This document shows, one piece after another, positions 33,890 through 42,273 of a DNA stretch of 62,174 bases (position 1 is its first letter; each line of letters starts with the position of its first letter). Origin of the DNA: a bacterium (GTDB lineage Bacteria; Eisenbacteria; RBG-16-71-46). The notes beneath the pieces are model-generated. The model saw only the letters and a program-made list of their open reading frames with translations. It was not told where the DNA came from and did no database searches. The stretch lies in the NCBI GenBank assembly GCA_046076045.1, contig JBJTRI010000013.1, positions 1 to 62,174 of the forward strand, given 5' to 3'. The position numbers were made by a program, and so were the translations under genes.

Positions 33890-34070
33890 TGTGGTGCGCG
33901 TCACCTACATCCTACCCCGCGCCGACGAGTTCCGGGAGTGCTGGCCCGTGCTGCGGCGCCACTTCGGCGACATCCGCCCCGCGGCCACCATGATCTCGGC
34001 CGGTCTCGCGGACCCGCGCATGCGGATCGAGATCGAGGTCACGGCGCGCATCGGTAGCGGGCGCGCCTGA
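33678..34070 (+). CDS. RidA/YjgF family protein
   Basis: 130 aa. AGGAGG Shine-Dalgarno 8 nt upstream. Motifs: IGYSRAVVDGEWVFVSGTTG and IEIEVTA. Confidence 0.85.
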   Translation: MRRRSISSGSTFESDIGYSRAVVDGEWVFVSGTTGFDYRTMTIADGLPEQTEQCLRNIAAALEQAGATLADVVRVTYILPRADEFRECWPVLRRHFGDIRPAATMISAGLADPRMRIEIEVTARIGSGRA

Positions 34071-34094
34071 CCGCTCGTGCAGCGCCCGTGGAAC

Positions 34095-34133
34095 GAACCA
34101 GCCCGCGCGAGGGCGTCTCGCGCGGGCCGGTTC
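34095..34133. terminator. Bidirectional GC hairpin between ridA and fabI
   Basis: GCCCGCGCGAG-ggcgt-CTCGCGCGGGC (11 bp), extended by GAACC/GGTTC. Confidence 0.5.
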
Positions 34134-34158
34134 GCGTGCGGGGCGGGCGGTGGTGCGG

Positions 34159-34935
34159 TCAGACGCCCATGATGCGATAGCCGGCGTCCACGTACAGCAC
34201 CTCGCCGGTGATGCCGCTCGACATGTCCGAGAGCAGGAACAGCGACGCCTTGGCGACCTCCTCCTGCGTGATGTTGCGCTTGAGGGCGGCGCGCTCGGCG
34301 TGGTCCTTGTACATGCCCGTGAACCCGCGGATGCCGCGCGCGGCCAGCGTGTTGACCGGCCCAGCGCTCACCGCGTTCACACGGATGTTCTTGGGCCCGA
34401 GTTCGTAGGCCATCTGGCGCGTGGCCTGCTCGAGCACCGCCTTGGCGCTGCCCATCACGTTGTACGATGGCACCGCGCGCTCGGCCGCGAGGTACGACAG
34501 CGAGACCACGTTGGCGCCGTGCTTCTCGAGCAACGGCAGGCAGCGGTTCGTCACGTTGAGCAGCGAGTAGGCGCTCACCTCGAGCGCCAGCCGGAAGCCC
34601 TCGCGCGAGGTCGCCACGAACGAGCCCTCGAGGTCCTCCTTCTGCGCGAACGCCACGCCGTGCACGAGCGCCTCGACCGAGCCCCAGCGCTCGCCCAGTT
34701 CGCGCGCGACCGCGTCGATCTGGGCGTCGTCGGTGACGTCGCACGGCAGCACGAGGCTGCCCGGCATCTGGGCGGCCAGCTCCTCGACGCCACCCTTCAG
34801 ACGCTCGCTCGCGTAGGTGAGGCACACCGACGCGCCGGCCGCGTGCAACTGCTGCGCGATCGCCCATGCGAGGCTGCGGTGGTTGGCGACTCCGAGGACG
34901 AGGGCGTGCTTGCCGCTGAGGTCGAGCGTGAACAT
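34159..34935 (-). CDS. fabI: Enoyl-[acyl-carrier-protein] reductase (NADH)
   Basis: 258 aa from the ATG at 34935. Collinear with FabI: GVANHRSLAW, Y.....K, IRVNAVSAGP and the YVDAGY ending. Confidence 0.95.
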   Translation of the reverse strand: MFTLDLSGKHALVLGVANHRSLAWAIAQQLHAAGASVCLTYASERLKGGVEELAAQMPGSLVLPCDVTDDAQIDAVARELGERWGSVEALVHGVAFAQKEDLEGSFVATSREGFRLALEVSAYSLLNVTNRCLPLLEKHGANVVSLSYLAAERAVPSYNVMGSAKAVLEQATRQMAYELGPKNIRVNAVSAGPVNTLAARGIRGFTGMYKDHAERAALKRNITQEEVAKASLFLLSDMSSGITGEVLYVDAGYRIMGV

Positions 34936-35011
34936 GCGTCGGGCTCTCCGTGCGGCCGGCGGCAGGGGCCGCACGGCGGGATCGGGTTCGGGCCGCGGGG
35001 GCGGCGGTGCG

Positions 35012-36991
35012 TCAGGGCTGCTTGCGCGACTCCCAGACGCGGATGGGCAGGATGATCACCTGGATGCCGGCGAACTGCAGCCGACGCTGGATGCTGAACG
35101 CCGTCTCGTGGTGGAGCGTGCGCGTGAGCAGGTTCTCGCGCTGGAACACGAGCTGGCCCGCGAACACGATCGAGCGCCGGAACTCCTTCTGCAGGTCGTG
35201 GCAGATCTGCTCGAGTTCCTCGATGAGGTCGGTGCCGAGCGTGAAGCGGTACTCGGCGTAGTAGCCCATGCGCTGCGCCAACTCGACGTAGCGCTCGAGC
35301 CCGTCCTGCACCTTGGATTCGAGCGCCTTCATGGCCTCGGTGCCCTTGAACTGTCCCGAGTCCACGAGGCCCACCGACACGAACACGAAGTTCTTGAAGT
35401 GGCGCGGGAACATGCGCTGCACGCTCAGCAGGGTGTGGATGCCGAGCCCGGCGTAGGACTCCACCAGCACCACGGCGGTCGGACCGTCGGGGGCCAGTTC
35501 GGGCGCGTTCTCGCGCGCGGGCATGGGCAGGTCCTGCAGCGTCTCGTCGAGGCTCGAGAGCACGCCGCGCACGCGGTGGTAGTGCGCGCGCACCGCGACG
35601 CAGACCAGGATGAACGCGCCGGTCACGGCCAGCGTGAGCCAGCCGCCGTGCGAGAACTTGATCACCGAGGTGGTGATGAGGATGCCGCCGGTGACCAGCG
35701 TGCCGAGCGACGCGAGCAGGATGCGCCGCCGCCAGTGCGCCTCGACCTGCCGCACGTCCCACCAGTGCCGCACCATGCCGGCCTGCGACAGCGTGAAGGT
35801 GAGGAACACGTTGATCGAGTACATGACGACGAGGATCTTCACCGAGCCCTGCGTGTAGAGCAGCGTGAGCGCGGCCGCGGCACCCATGGCGAGGATGCCG
35901 TTCTGGGTCACGAGGCGCTCGGAGAGGTGCGCGAACCGCTTGGGCACCCACTGGTCCACGGCCATGGCGGCCAGCGTGGCCGGGCCGGCCACGAACCCGG
36001 TCTGCGCGGCCACGAACAGCAGCGCGCCCTCCGAGAGGAGCGTGAACACCACCACCGCCGCTCCGATCCCGACCCCGCCGATCACCCAGTCGTTCGTGAG
36101 CGTGGTCCACAGCGAGGCGTTGAGCGTGCGACCGGGCTCGTGCGAGACGTCGTTGAGCAGGTAGCAGAGCAGGATGCCGCCGGCCGTGAACGCGAGCGAG
36201 GCGGCCATGTAGGCCATGGTCTTCTTGCCGGTCTCGACGCGCGGCTCGCGCAGGATGCCGGTGCTGTTCGAGACGGCCTCGATGCCGGTGAACGTGCCGC
36301 CGCCGAGCGAGTAGGCCTTGAGGAACAGGGCCGTCACGCCCAGCATGCCGAGTTCGCTCTGGGCCGCGTTCGTGTCGGCCGCGGTCGCCGCCAGCAAGGG
36401 CCCGAAGTCGTGCACGTGCGTGAGGATGCCGTACAGGATGAGCGCGAAGTGCGTGACCACGAAGGCCACGAAGATCGGCATGAGTACGGTGACGGACTCC
36501 TTGAGCCCGCGCAGGTTGAGCCCGGTGAGGCCCACCACGACCGCGACCTCGGCGGGGACCTTGTACTGGGCGTAGGTGGCGGGTAGGAACGAGAACAGCG
36601 CATCCACGCCCGAGGCCACCGAGATCGCGATGGTGAAGACGTAGTCCACCACCAGCGCGCCACCCGAGACCAGGCCGGGTTTCTCGCCGAGCAGCTTGGT
36701 GGCGACGAGGTAGCCACCGCCGCCGCTCGGGAACAGTTCGATGATCTGCGTGTACGACGCGCTGATCAGGAACACGGTGAGCACCATGGCCACCGTCAGG
36801 TAGAGTGCCAGGTGCGTGTGGGAGCCGAGGGCGAGGAACGCCTCCTCGGGGCCGTAGGAGGACGACGACAACCCGTCCGAGCCCAGGCCGACCCAAGCGA
36901 AGAACGCGACGAGCGCAAGTTGGTGGTGGATGCGGGGGTCGAGGACGTTCCGGCGACCGCCGAGGATGAGGCTACGCAATCGTTCGAGCAC
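35012..36991 (-). CDS. APC superfamily permease with a C-terminal cytoplasmic domain
   Basis: 659 aa with about 12 transmembrane segments. Motifs GSDGLSSSSYGPEE and FPSGGGGY, plus a ~190-aa soluble tail. The substrate cannot be told from the sequence. Confidence 0.85.
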   Translation of the reverse strand: MLERLRSLILGGRRNVLDPRIHHQLALVAFFAWVGLGSDGLSSSSYGPEEAFLALGSHTHLALYLTVAMVLTVFLISASYTQIIELFPSGGGGYLVATKLLGEKPGLVSGGALVVDYVFTIAISVASGVDALFSFLPATYAQYKVPAEVAVVVGLTGLNLRGLKESVTVLMPIFVAFVVTHFALILYGILTHVHDFGPLLAATAADTNAAQSELGMLGVTALFLKAYSLGGGTFTGIEAVSNSTGILREPRVETGKKTMAYMAASLAFTAGGILLCYLLNDVSHEPGRTLNASLWTTLTNDWVIGGVGIGAAVVVFTLLSEGALLFVAAQTGFVAGPATLAAMAVDQWVPKRFAHLSERLVTQNGILAMGAAAALTLLYTQGSVKILVVMYSINVFLTFTLSQAGMVRHWWDVRQVEAHWRRRILLASLGTLVTGGILITTSVIKFSHGGWLTLAVTGAFILVCVAVRAHYHRVRGVLSSLDETLQDLPMPARENAPELAPDGPTAVVLVESYAGLGIHTLLSVQRMFPRHFKNFVFVSVGLVDSGQFKGTEAMKALESKVQDGLERYVELAQRMGYYAEYRFTLGTDLIEELEQICHDLQKEFRRSIVFAGQLVFQRENLLTRTLHHETAFSIQRRLQFAGIQVIILPIRVWESRKQP

Positions 36992-37314
36992 GGCGTGACG
37001 CTACGCATTCGCCCCGCGCGTTTCAAGCGGGACGCGGGCGCGACGGTCGGGGGAGGGAGGCGGCGATGCGGGACGAGCGGGCGGCGGGGCCCCGGAGGAC
37101 CGCGGTGCGAGCGGGCGGTCGGGCGACGGCGCGTGCGGGACGCGGTGCCGCCGCGCGGGTCGGTGCCGACGGAGTGGCACGCGCGGGAGGTGGTGCGGCG
37201 TCGCGCGTGGCCGGTGCTGCGCCGCGTGCGGGACGCGGTGCGGCCGCGCGAGCGGGCGCCGATTCCGCAACTCGCACGAAGCGTCCCGCGGCCGTGCGAG
37301 CGGGCAGTGGGCCG

Positions 37315-38013
37315 GTGGCCGAGGGGCCGCGCTGGCGCAGCCTGGGTGCGGTGACGCGCGCCATCGTGGGGTGCGAGGCGTGTCCGCGGCTGCGCGCGCA
37401 CTGCGCCCGGGTCGCGATCGAGAAGCGTCGCGCCTACGCCGACCACGACTACTGGGGGAGGCCCGTGCCGGGGTTCGGCGACCCCGAGGCCCGACTGGTG
37501 ATCGTGGGATTGGCGCCCGGCGCGCACGGTGCGAACCGCACCGGTCGCGTGTTCACGGGCGACTCGAGCGGCGACTGGTTGTACGATGCGCTGCACCGCA
37601 CCGGGTTCGCGTCGCTGCCCACCAGCGTCGCACGCGACGACGGGCAGCGGCTCGACGGTTGCTGGATCACCTGCGCCGCGCGCTGTGCGCCGCCCGACAA
37701 CCGGCCCGAACCCGACGAGGTCGCGCGCTGCCGCCCGTACCTCGAGGCCGAGTTGCGACTGCTGCGCCGCACGCGCGTGGTGCTGACGCTCGGTCGTGTG
37801 GGGCACGAGGCGTGGTTGCGCGCGAGCGGGTGGTGGGACCGGCTGCCCGCGTGCGAGCGGCCCGCGTTCGGGCACGGCGCCGAGCACGCGTTCCCCGACG
37901 GCCCGGTGCTCATCGCGAGCTTCCACCCGAGTCGGCAGAACACGCAGACCGGACGGCTCACGCGCGCCATGTGGCACCGCGTCTTCGAGCGCGCCCGCGA
38001 GCTCGCGGGCTGA
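37315..38013 (+). CDS. Uracil-DNA glycosylase superfamily protein (family 5 / UdgB-like)
   Basis: Motifs: CEACPRL, GLAPGAHGANRTGRVFTGD and SFHPSRQNT. The ORF is open from 37066, but GC3 is low and the sequence is repetitive before about 37300. Starts at 37315 or 37351 (both GTG) are therefore more likely. Confidence 0.75.
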   Translation: MAEGPRWRSLGAVTRAIVGCEACPRLRAHCARVAIEKRRAYADHDYWGRPVPGFGDPEARLVIVGLAPGAHGANRTGRVFTGDSSGDWLYDALHRTGFASLPTSVARDDGQRLDGCWITCAARCAPPDNRPEPDEVARCRPYLEAELRLLRRTRVVLTLGRVGHEAWLRASGWWDRLPACERPAFGHGAEHAFPDGPVLIASFHPSRQNTQTGRLTRAMWHRVFERARELAG

Positions 38014-38127
38014 GCTCGGAGGGCTCCACCGCCACCTTCGCGCAGCCCCGCAACGCCCTGCCCGCGGCCGCGTTGCGGATGTCGCAAAATAGCCGTTGAC
38101 GACGCCCCTGCAAGCGGGCATCGTGCC

Positions 38128-38318
38128 CCCCTCATCTCTTGGGTGCCCCGCGCTCTGCGGGGGAAAAGGGAAGCGGGTGAGAATCCCGCGCGGTCCCGCC
38201 ACTGTGATGGGTGATCGTGCATCCGTGACCACCGGTTCGCCGGGAAGGTGGATGCACGCCGGTCTCACCGACGCTCCGCGTCGCGAGCCCGGACGCCCTC
38301 AGTCAGGAAACCTGCCCG
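38128..38318 (+). promoter_or_regulatory. Cobalamin (B12) riboswitch
   Basis: Conserved core AAGGGAAGCGGGTGAGAATCCCGCGCGGTCCCGCCACTGT (38165-38204). Also CCGGGAAGGTGG, and a B12-box-like AGTCAGGAAACCTGCC (38300-38315). Lies directly upstream of a TonB-dependent receptor. Confidence 0.85.
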
Positions 38319-38441
38319 AGAGCCATGGCCCCGACGCCCCGAGGCAGGGCGCAACGGTTCGAGCCGTCCGCGGCTCCCGTGCGCGTCCGTCCCCGGAGTG
38401 CCGGAGCCCGTTCGATCGCGGCGCGAAGGACGCCGACATCG

Positions 38442-40526
38442 ATGACCACGGCTCTGCTGCTCTGGGCCGCCGTGCTCGCGGCGGACCCCTCACAACCCAT
38501 TCGCGTGCGCGACGACGCGGTGGCGCTCCCCGACTCGGGGGCGTCCGCCGACGAGTCGCACATCCCGCTTCACGCCGCGTCGCGCACGCAACTCCTCCCA
38601 CCGCCCGTCGTGACCCTCCCGACGGTGCGCGTGGACGCCTCGGTCGAGCGCGCGCGCAGGCGCGCGCCGACCGCCTTCGTCACTACGCTGGCCGCGCGTC
38701 GTGACGTGCACGCGGTGAGCTCGCTCGCCGACGCGCTGGTCGAGGCCGCCGGGGTGCGCGTGACCCAGTACGGCGGCATGGGGGCGTTCTCCACCATGTC
38801 GCTGCGCGGCGCCCCGCCCGGGCACGTCACCGTGCTGCTCGACGGCGTGCCGCTGTCGTCGGCGGCGAGCGGCGTGACCGACCTGGCCGACGTGCCCGCC
38901 GCCGCCGTGGGCGCGATCGAGTTGTACCGCGGGGCCGCGCCGGTCGCGATGGGTTCGCCCTCGCCGGGCGGGCTCGTGAACCTGGTGACCGCACCCGGCC
39001 CCGGTGTGCGCTCGGTGCGCGTCGCGGGTGGGTCGTGGGGCACAGGTGAGGCGACCGCCGACCTCGGCGCGCGCCACGGGGCGTGGTCGCTGCTCGCGCA
39101 CGGGGGCTGGCAGGGGAGCGCCGGCGACTTCCGCTACCGCGACGACAACGGCACGCCGCAGGAGCCGTCCGACGACACGGTCGAGCGCCGCCGCAACGCA
39201 CGCTACGACGCCGCCACCGCGCTCGCGCGCGCCACGTGGGCGCCCGAGGGGCCGGTGCGTGCGGCGTTGCACGCCGAGGGCTTCCGGAGGTCGCAGGGCG
39301 TGCCCGGCGCGGGCTCGGTGTCCGCGCTCGAGGCCCACTACGCATCGGATCGCATGACGCTCGCGACCGACGTGCAGGTGGGCGAGGGCTCGCGCGCGCT
39401 GAACCTGCGCGCGAGCGAGTCGCGCCGGCGGCAGCGACTGCGCGACACGATGGGCGAACTGGGGTTCGGGCGCGTGGACACCGACGAGCGGTTCGCGGAC
39501 CGCGCGGTCGCGCTCGATGCGCGCGTGCCCGCGCCGTGGCCCGGGCTCGCGATCGCCCCCGGGCTCGAGGCGCGTCACGAGCACGCCGACCCGGCCGCGC
39601 CCAGCGCGGGCCTCGCCGACCCGCCGCGCAGCACCCGCAGCACGCGCTCGGCGTGGCTCGCGCTCGACCAGCGCCTGCTCGGCGACCGCGTGCTGCTGCA
39701 CGCGGCGCGGCGCTGGGACGAGCAGCGCGAGACCGTGAACGACACGCGCATCGTGGGCACGCTGCGCACCCGCACCACGGAGCGAACGTTGAACGCGCCG
39801 CAGCTCGGGGCGCGCCTGCGCTTGGGCGCGGGGCTCGAGGCGCGCGGAAACTGGTCGCGCTCGGCGCGGGCCCCGGGCTTCGACGAGTTGTTCGGCATCG
39901 ACGGTTCGGTGGTCGGCAACCCGCTGCTCGTGCCCGAGTCGGCCGAGTCGTGGGACGCCGGACTGTCGTGGGACGGGCGCGTGGCCGACGCCACCGTGCG
40001 CGCCGAGTGGTCCACGCACGCCTCGCACGCGCGCGACCTCATCCTGTTCGAGCGCAGTTCGCCGCGCGGGGCGCGCCCCGTCAACGTGGGCGCGGCGCGC
40101 ATCCGCGGCGAGGAGGCCGCGGTGCGGGTGGGTTGGCGCGGCTGGGAACTGGCGGCCTCGGGCTCGTGGCTGAGCGCGGTGGACCGCGGTTCGGTGCCGT
40201 TCTACGCCGGGCGTCGGCTGCCGCAGCGCCCTGCGCGCCAGGGGTTCGCGCGCCTCGCGTGGCGGCCCGGACGCTGGCGCGTCGCTACCGACGTCGAGTA
40301 CGTGGGCGAGTCCTACCTCGATCGCGTGAACTTCCGGCCCGCCCCGGCGCGCACGCTCGTCGGCGTCTCGGCCGGCGTGCGCGTGGGCCGCGCCGACCTG
40401 TTGCTCGAAGGCCGCAACCTCGGGGACGTGCTCGCCGAGGACGTGGCCGGTTTCCCGCTCCCCGGACGCACGCTGCGCGCCGCCCTCATCTGGGACCTCG
40501 CGCCGCGTGCCGTCGCGGACCCCTGA
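38442..40526 (+). CDS. TonB-dependent outer-membrane receptor (BtuB-like by riboswitch context)
   Basis: 694 aa from the ATG at 38442 (MTTALLLWAAVLAA signal). Plug motif: VTQYGGMGAFSTMSLRGAPPGHVTVLLDGVPL...IELYRG. Followed by a beta-barrel with alternating residue patterns. The upstream ATG at 38325 was rejected (see rejected list). Confidence 0.85.
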   Translation: MTTALLLWAAVLAADPSQPIRVRDDAVALPDSGASADESHIPLHAASRTQLLPPPVVTLPTVRVDASVERARRRAPTAFVTTLAARRDVHAVSSLADALVEAAGVRVTQYGGMGAFSTMSLRGAPPGHVTVLLDGVPLSSAASGVTDLADVPAAAVGAIELYRGAAPVAMGSPSPGGLVNLVTAPGPGVRSVRVAGGSWGTGEATADLGARHGAWSLLAHGGWQGSAGDFRYRDDNGTPQEPSDDTVERRRNARYDAATALARATWAPEGPVRAALHAEGFRRSQGVPGAGSVSALEAHYASDRMTLATDVQVGEGSRALNLRASESRRRQRLRDTMGELGFGRVDTDERFADRAVALDARVPAPWPGLAIAPGLEARHEHADPAAPSAGLADPPRSTRSTRSAWLALDQRLLGDRVLLHAARRWDEQRETVNDTRIVGTLRTRTTERTLNAPQLGARLRLGAGLEARGNWSRSARAPGFDELFGIDGSVVGNPLLVPESAESWDAGLSWDGRVADATVRAEWSTHASHARDLILFERSSPRGARPVNVGAARIRGEEAAVRVGWRGWELAASGSWLSAVDRGSVPFYAGRRLPQRPARQGFARLAWRPGRWRVATDVEYVGESYLDRVNFRPAPARTLVGVSAGVRVGRADLLLEGRNLGDVLAEDVAGFPLPGRTLRAALIWDLAPRAVADP

Positions 40527-40597
40527 CATCCCCGTCGCCCGTGCGCCGGTCCTCGCATCCCCATCGTGCTCCACACCCTTCGCTCCGTGAGGTCGTC

Positions 40598-42001
40598 TTG
40601 ATCACCGCGCTCCGCACCACCGTCGCACGGGCCCTCGTCGCACTCGCCCTCGCCACCGCCGCCCACGCCGCACCGTTCGCGTTCGTGGTCGAGTCCGACT
40701 TCTCGACGGGTTCGTTCAGTCGCTACGACGGTGCCACCGGTGCGGCGTCGTGCGACCGTGCCCCGGCCCACTCCGATGCGCGCGTGCGCACCTTCGGCGG
40801 TCAGGTGTTCGTGGTGAACCGCTTCGGCGCCGACAACGTCACCGTGCTCGACGGTGCGACCTCGGCGCTCGTGCGCCAGTTCTCGGTCGGCAACGGGGCG
40901 AACCCGTACGACATCGCGTTCGCATCGGGCACCCAGGCGTACGTGACGCGCTACGAGTCGGCGGCGTTGTGGGTGGTGAACCCGGCCACCGGTGCGCAGA
41001 CGGGGACCGTGTCGCTGGCCGCGCTCGCCGACGCCGACGGCATCCCCGAGATGGACCGCGCGATCGTGGTCGGGCCGCTCCTGTTCGTGTCGTTGCAGCG
41101 CGTGGACCGCACGAACGGCTTCCAGCCCACCGACACGTCGCTGGTGGCGGTGGTGGACACGCGCACCAACGCGCTCGTGGACTGCGACGCGACGCGCCCC
41201 GGCGTGCAGGGCATCGTGCTGCCGCGCACCAACCCCGTGACCCCGTTCGTGCTCGACGTCGCGCGCTCGCGCCTCTATCTGGGCTGCGTGGGGTCGTACG
41301 GTGTCGCCGACGGCGGCATCGTGGCGATCGACCCCGTGACGCTCACCGCGGCCGGTGTGGTCGCCCCCGAGTCCGCGCTGGGCGGCGACGTGCTCGACCT
41401 CGCGTGGGGCGGTGACGACCGCGCGTTCGCGATCGTGGCCGACGCGTCGTTCAACACCGCGCTCGTGCGCTGGTCGCGCGCCACCGGTGCGGCCGTGCAG
41501 ACGCTCTACTCGCCGGGCGGCTTCTCGCTCGCCGACGCCGAGCTCACGCCGGACGGGAGCGAGGTCTGGGTGTGCAACTCGAGCTTCGGCTCGCCCGGGG
41601 TGCGGCGCTTCGCGGTCACCACGGGGAGCGCGACCGGTAGCGTGCTCGCCTGCACGCTGCCGCCGCAGGGCATCGCGTTCCCCAGTGGCCCGGCGCTCGA
41701 CGTTCCGCCGCTCGCCGCCGGTGGGCGCGTGGCGCTGTCGGCCCCGGTCCCCAACCCGGCCCGCGGTCCGGTGCGGTTGGCGTTCGCGATGGCGCCCGGT
41801 TCGGGGGCGGGGCGCGTCGAGGTGCTCGACCTCGCCGGGCGCCGGGTGCGGACGTGGGAGGCCGGTTCGGGCGGGACCGGGTCCGCGATCGAGTGGGACC
41901 TCGCCGACGCCACGGGCCGGCGCGTGGCCCCCGGCGTGTACCGCGTGCGCCTGCGGGCGGGGGCCGAGCAGGTCTCGCGTTCGGTGTTGGTGCTCCAATG
42001 A
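40598..42001 (+). CDS. Secreted YVTN/YncE-like beta-propeller protein with a FlgD-Ig / T9SS-type C-terminal domain
   Basis: 467 aa from the TTG at 40598, with GAGG 6 nt upstream. Signal peptide ...ALALATAAHA/AP. Repeated 'N.V.V.D..T' and 'P.DIAF' blade-like motifs. The 90-aa C-terminal domain (41729-41998) is homologous to those at 57740-58009 and 58101-58370. Confidence 0.7.
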   Translation: MITALRTTVARALVALALATAAHAAPFAFVVESDFSTGSFSRYDGATGAASCDRAPAHSDARVRTFGGQVFVVNRFGADNVTVLDGATSALVRQFSVGNGANPYDIAFASGTQAYVTRYESAALWVVNPATGAQTGTVSLAALADADGIPEMDRAIVVGPLLFVSLQRVDRTNGFQPTDTSLVAVVDTRTNALVDCDATRPGVQGIVLPRTNPVTPFVLDVARSRLYLGCVGSYGVADGGIVAIDPVTLTAAGVVAPESALGGDVLDLAWGGDDRAFAIVADASFNTALVRWSRATGAAVQTLYSPGGFSLADAELTPDGSEVWVCNSSFGSPGVRRFAVTTGSATGSVLACTLPPQGIAFPSGPALDVPPLAAGGRVALSAPVPNPARGPVRLAFAMAPGSGAGRVEVLDLAGRRVRTWEAGSGGTGSAIEWDLADATGRRVAPGVYRVRLRAGAEQVSRSVLVLQ

Positions 42002-42223
42002 ACAGTCCGACCCGCCGGGTGCAGGGTCGCTGAACGCGGAGGGGCGCCGGCGGGGGCAGGGGCGGGAATTCGTTCTCGCGCCGCCGGGCCGGATGTCATG
42101 ATTCCTTCAGGTCGCGCCCCGCGCGGGCCCTCCAATTGCGCGGGCGGCGCCGCCTCCCGGTCAAGCCCACCGGCAGGCCGAAACATCCTTGGAGTGCCCC
42201 CCTAACCCACTCCAGGTGACGAC

Positions 42224-42265
42224 GCGGGGACCGGCGCGAGCCGGTCCCCGTCCTCTTTCGAGAGG
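42224..42265. terminator. Tandem hairpins between convergent genes
   Basis: GGGGACCGGC-gcga-GCCGGTCCCC (42226-42249), followed by CCTCT-ttcg-AGAGG (42252-42265). Confidence 0.5.
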
Positions 42266-42273
42266 GGAGCCGC

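Noticed and set aside
38325-38441. An upstream ATG that would extend the TonB-dependent receptor by 39 codons.
   Set aside because: The ATG sits a few nt after the riboswitch B12 box, inside a possible platform helix. The 39 codons have clearly lower GC3 (9 of 39 end in A/T) than the rest of the gene. A signal-peptide-like MTTALLLWAAVLAA begins at 38442. It is kept only as an alternative start.
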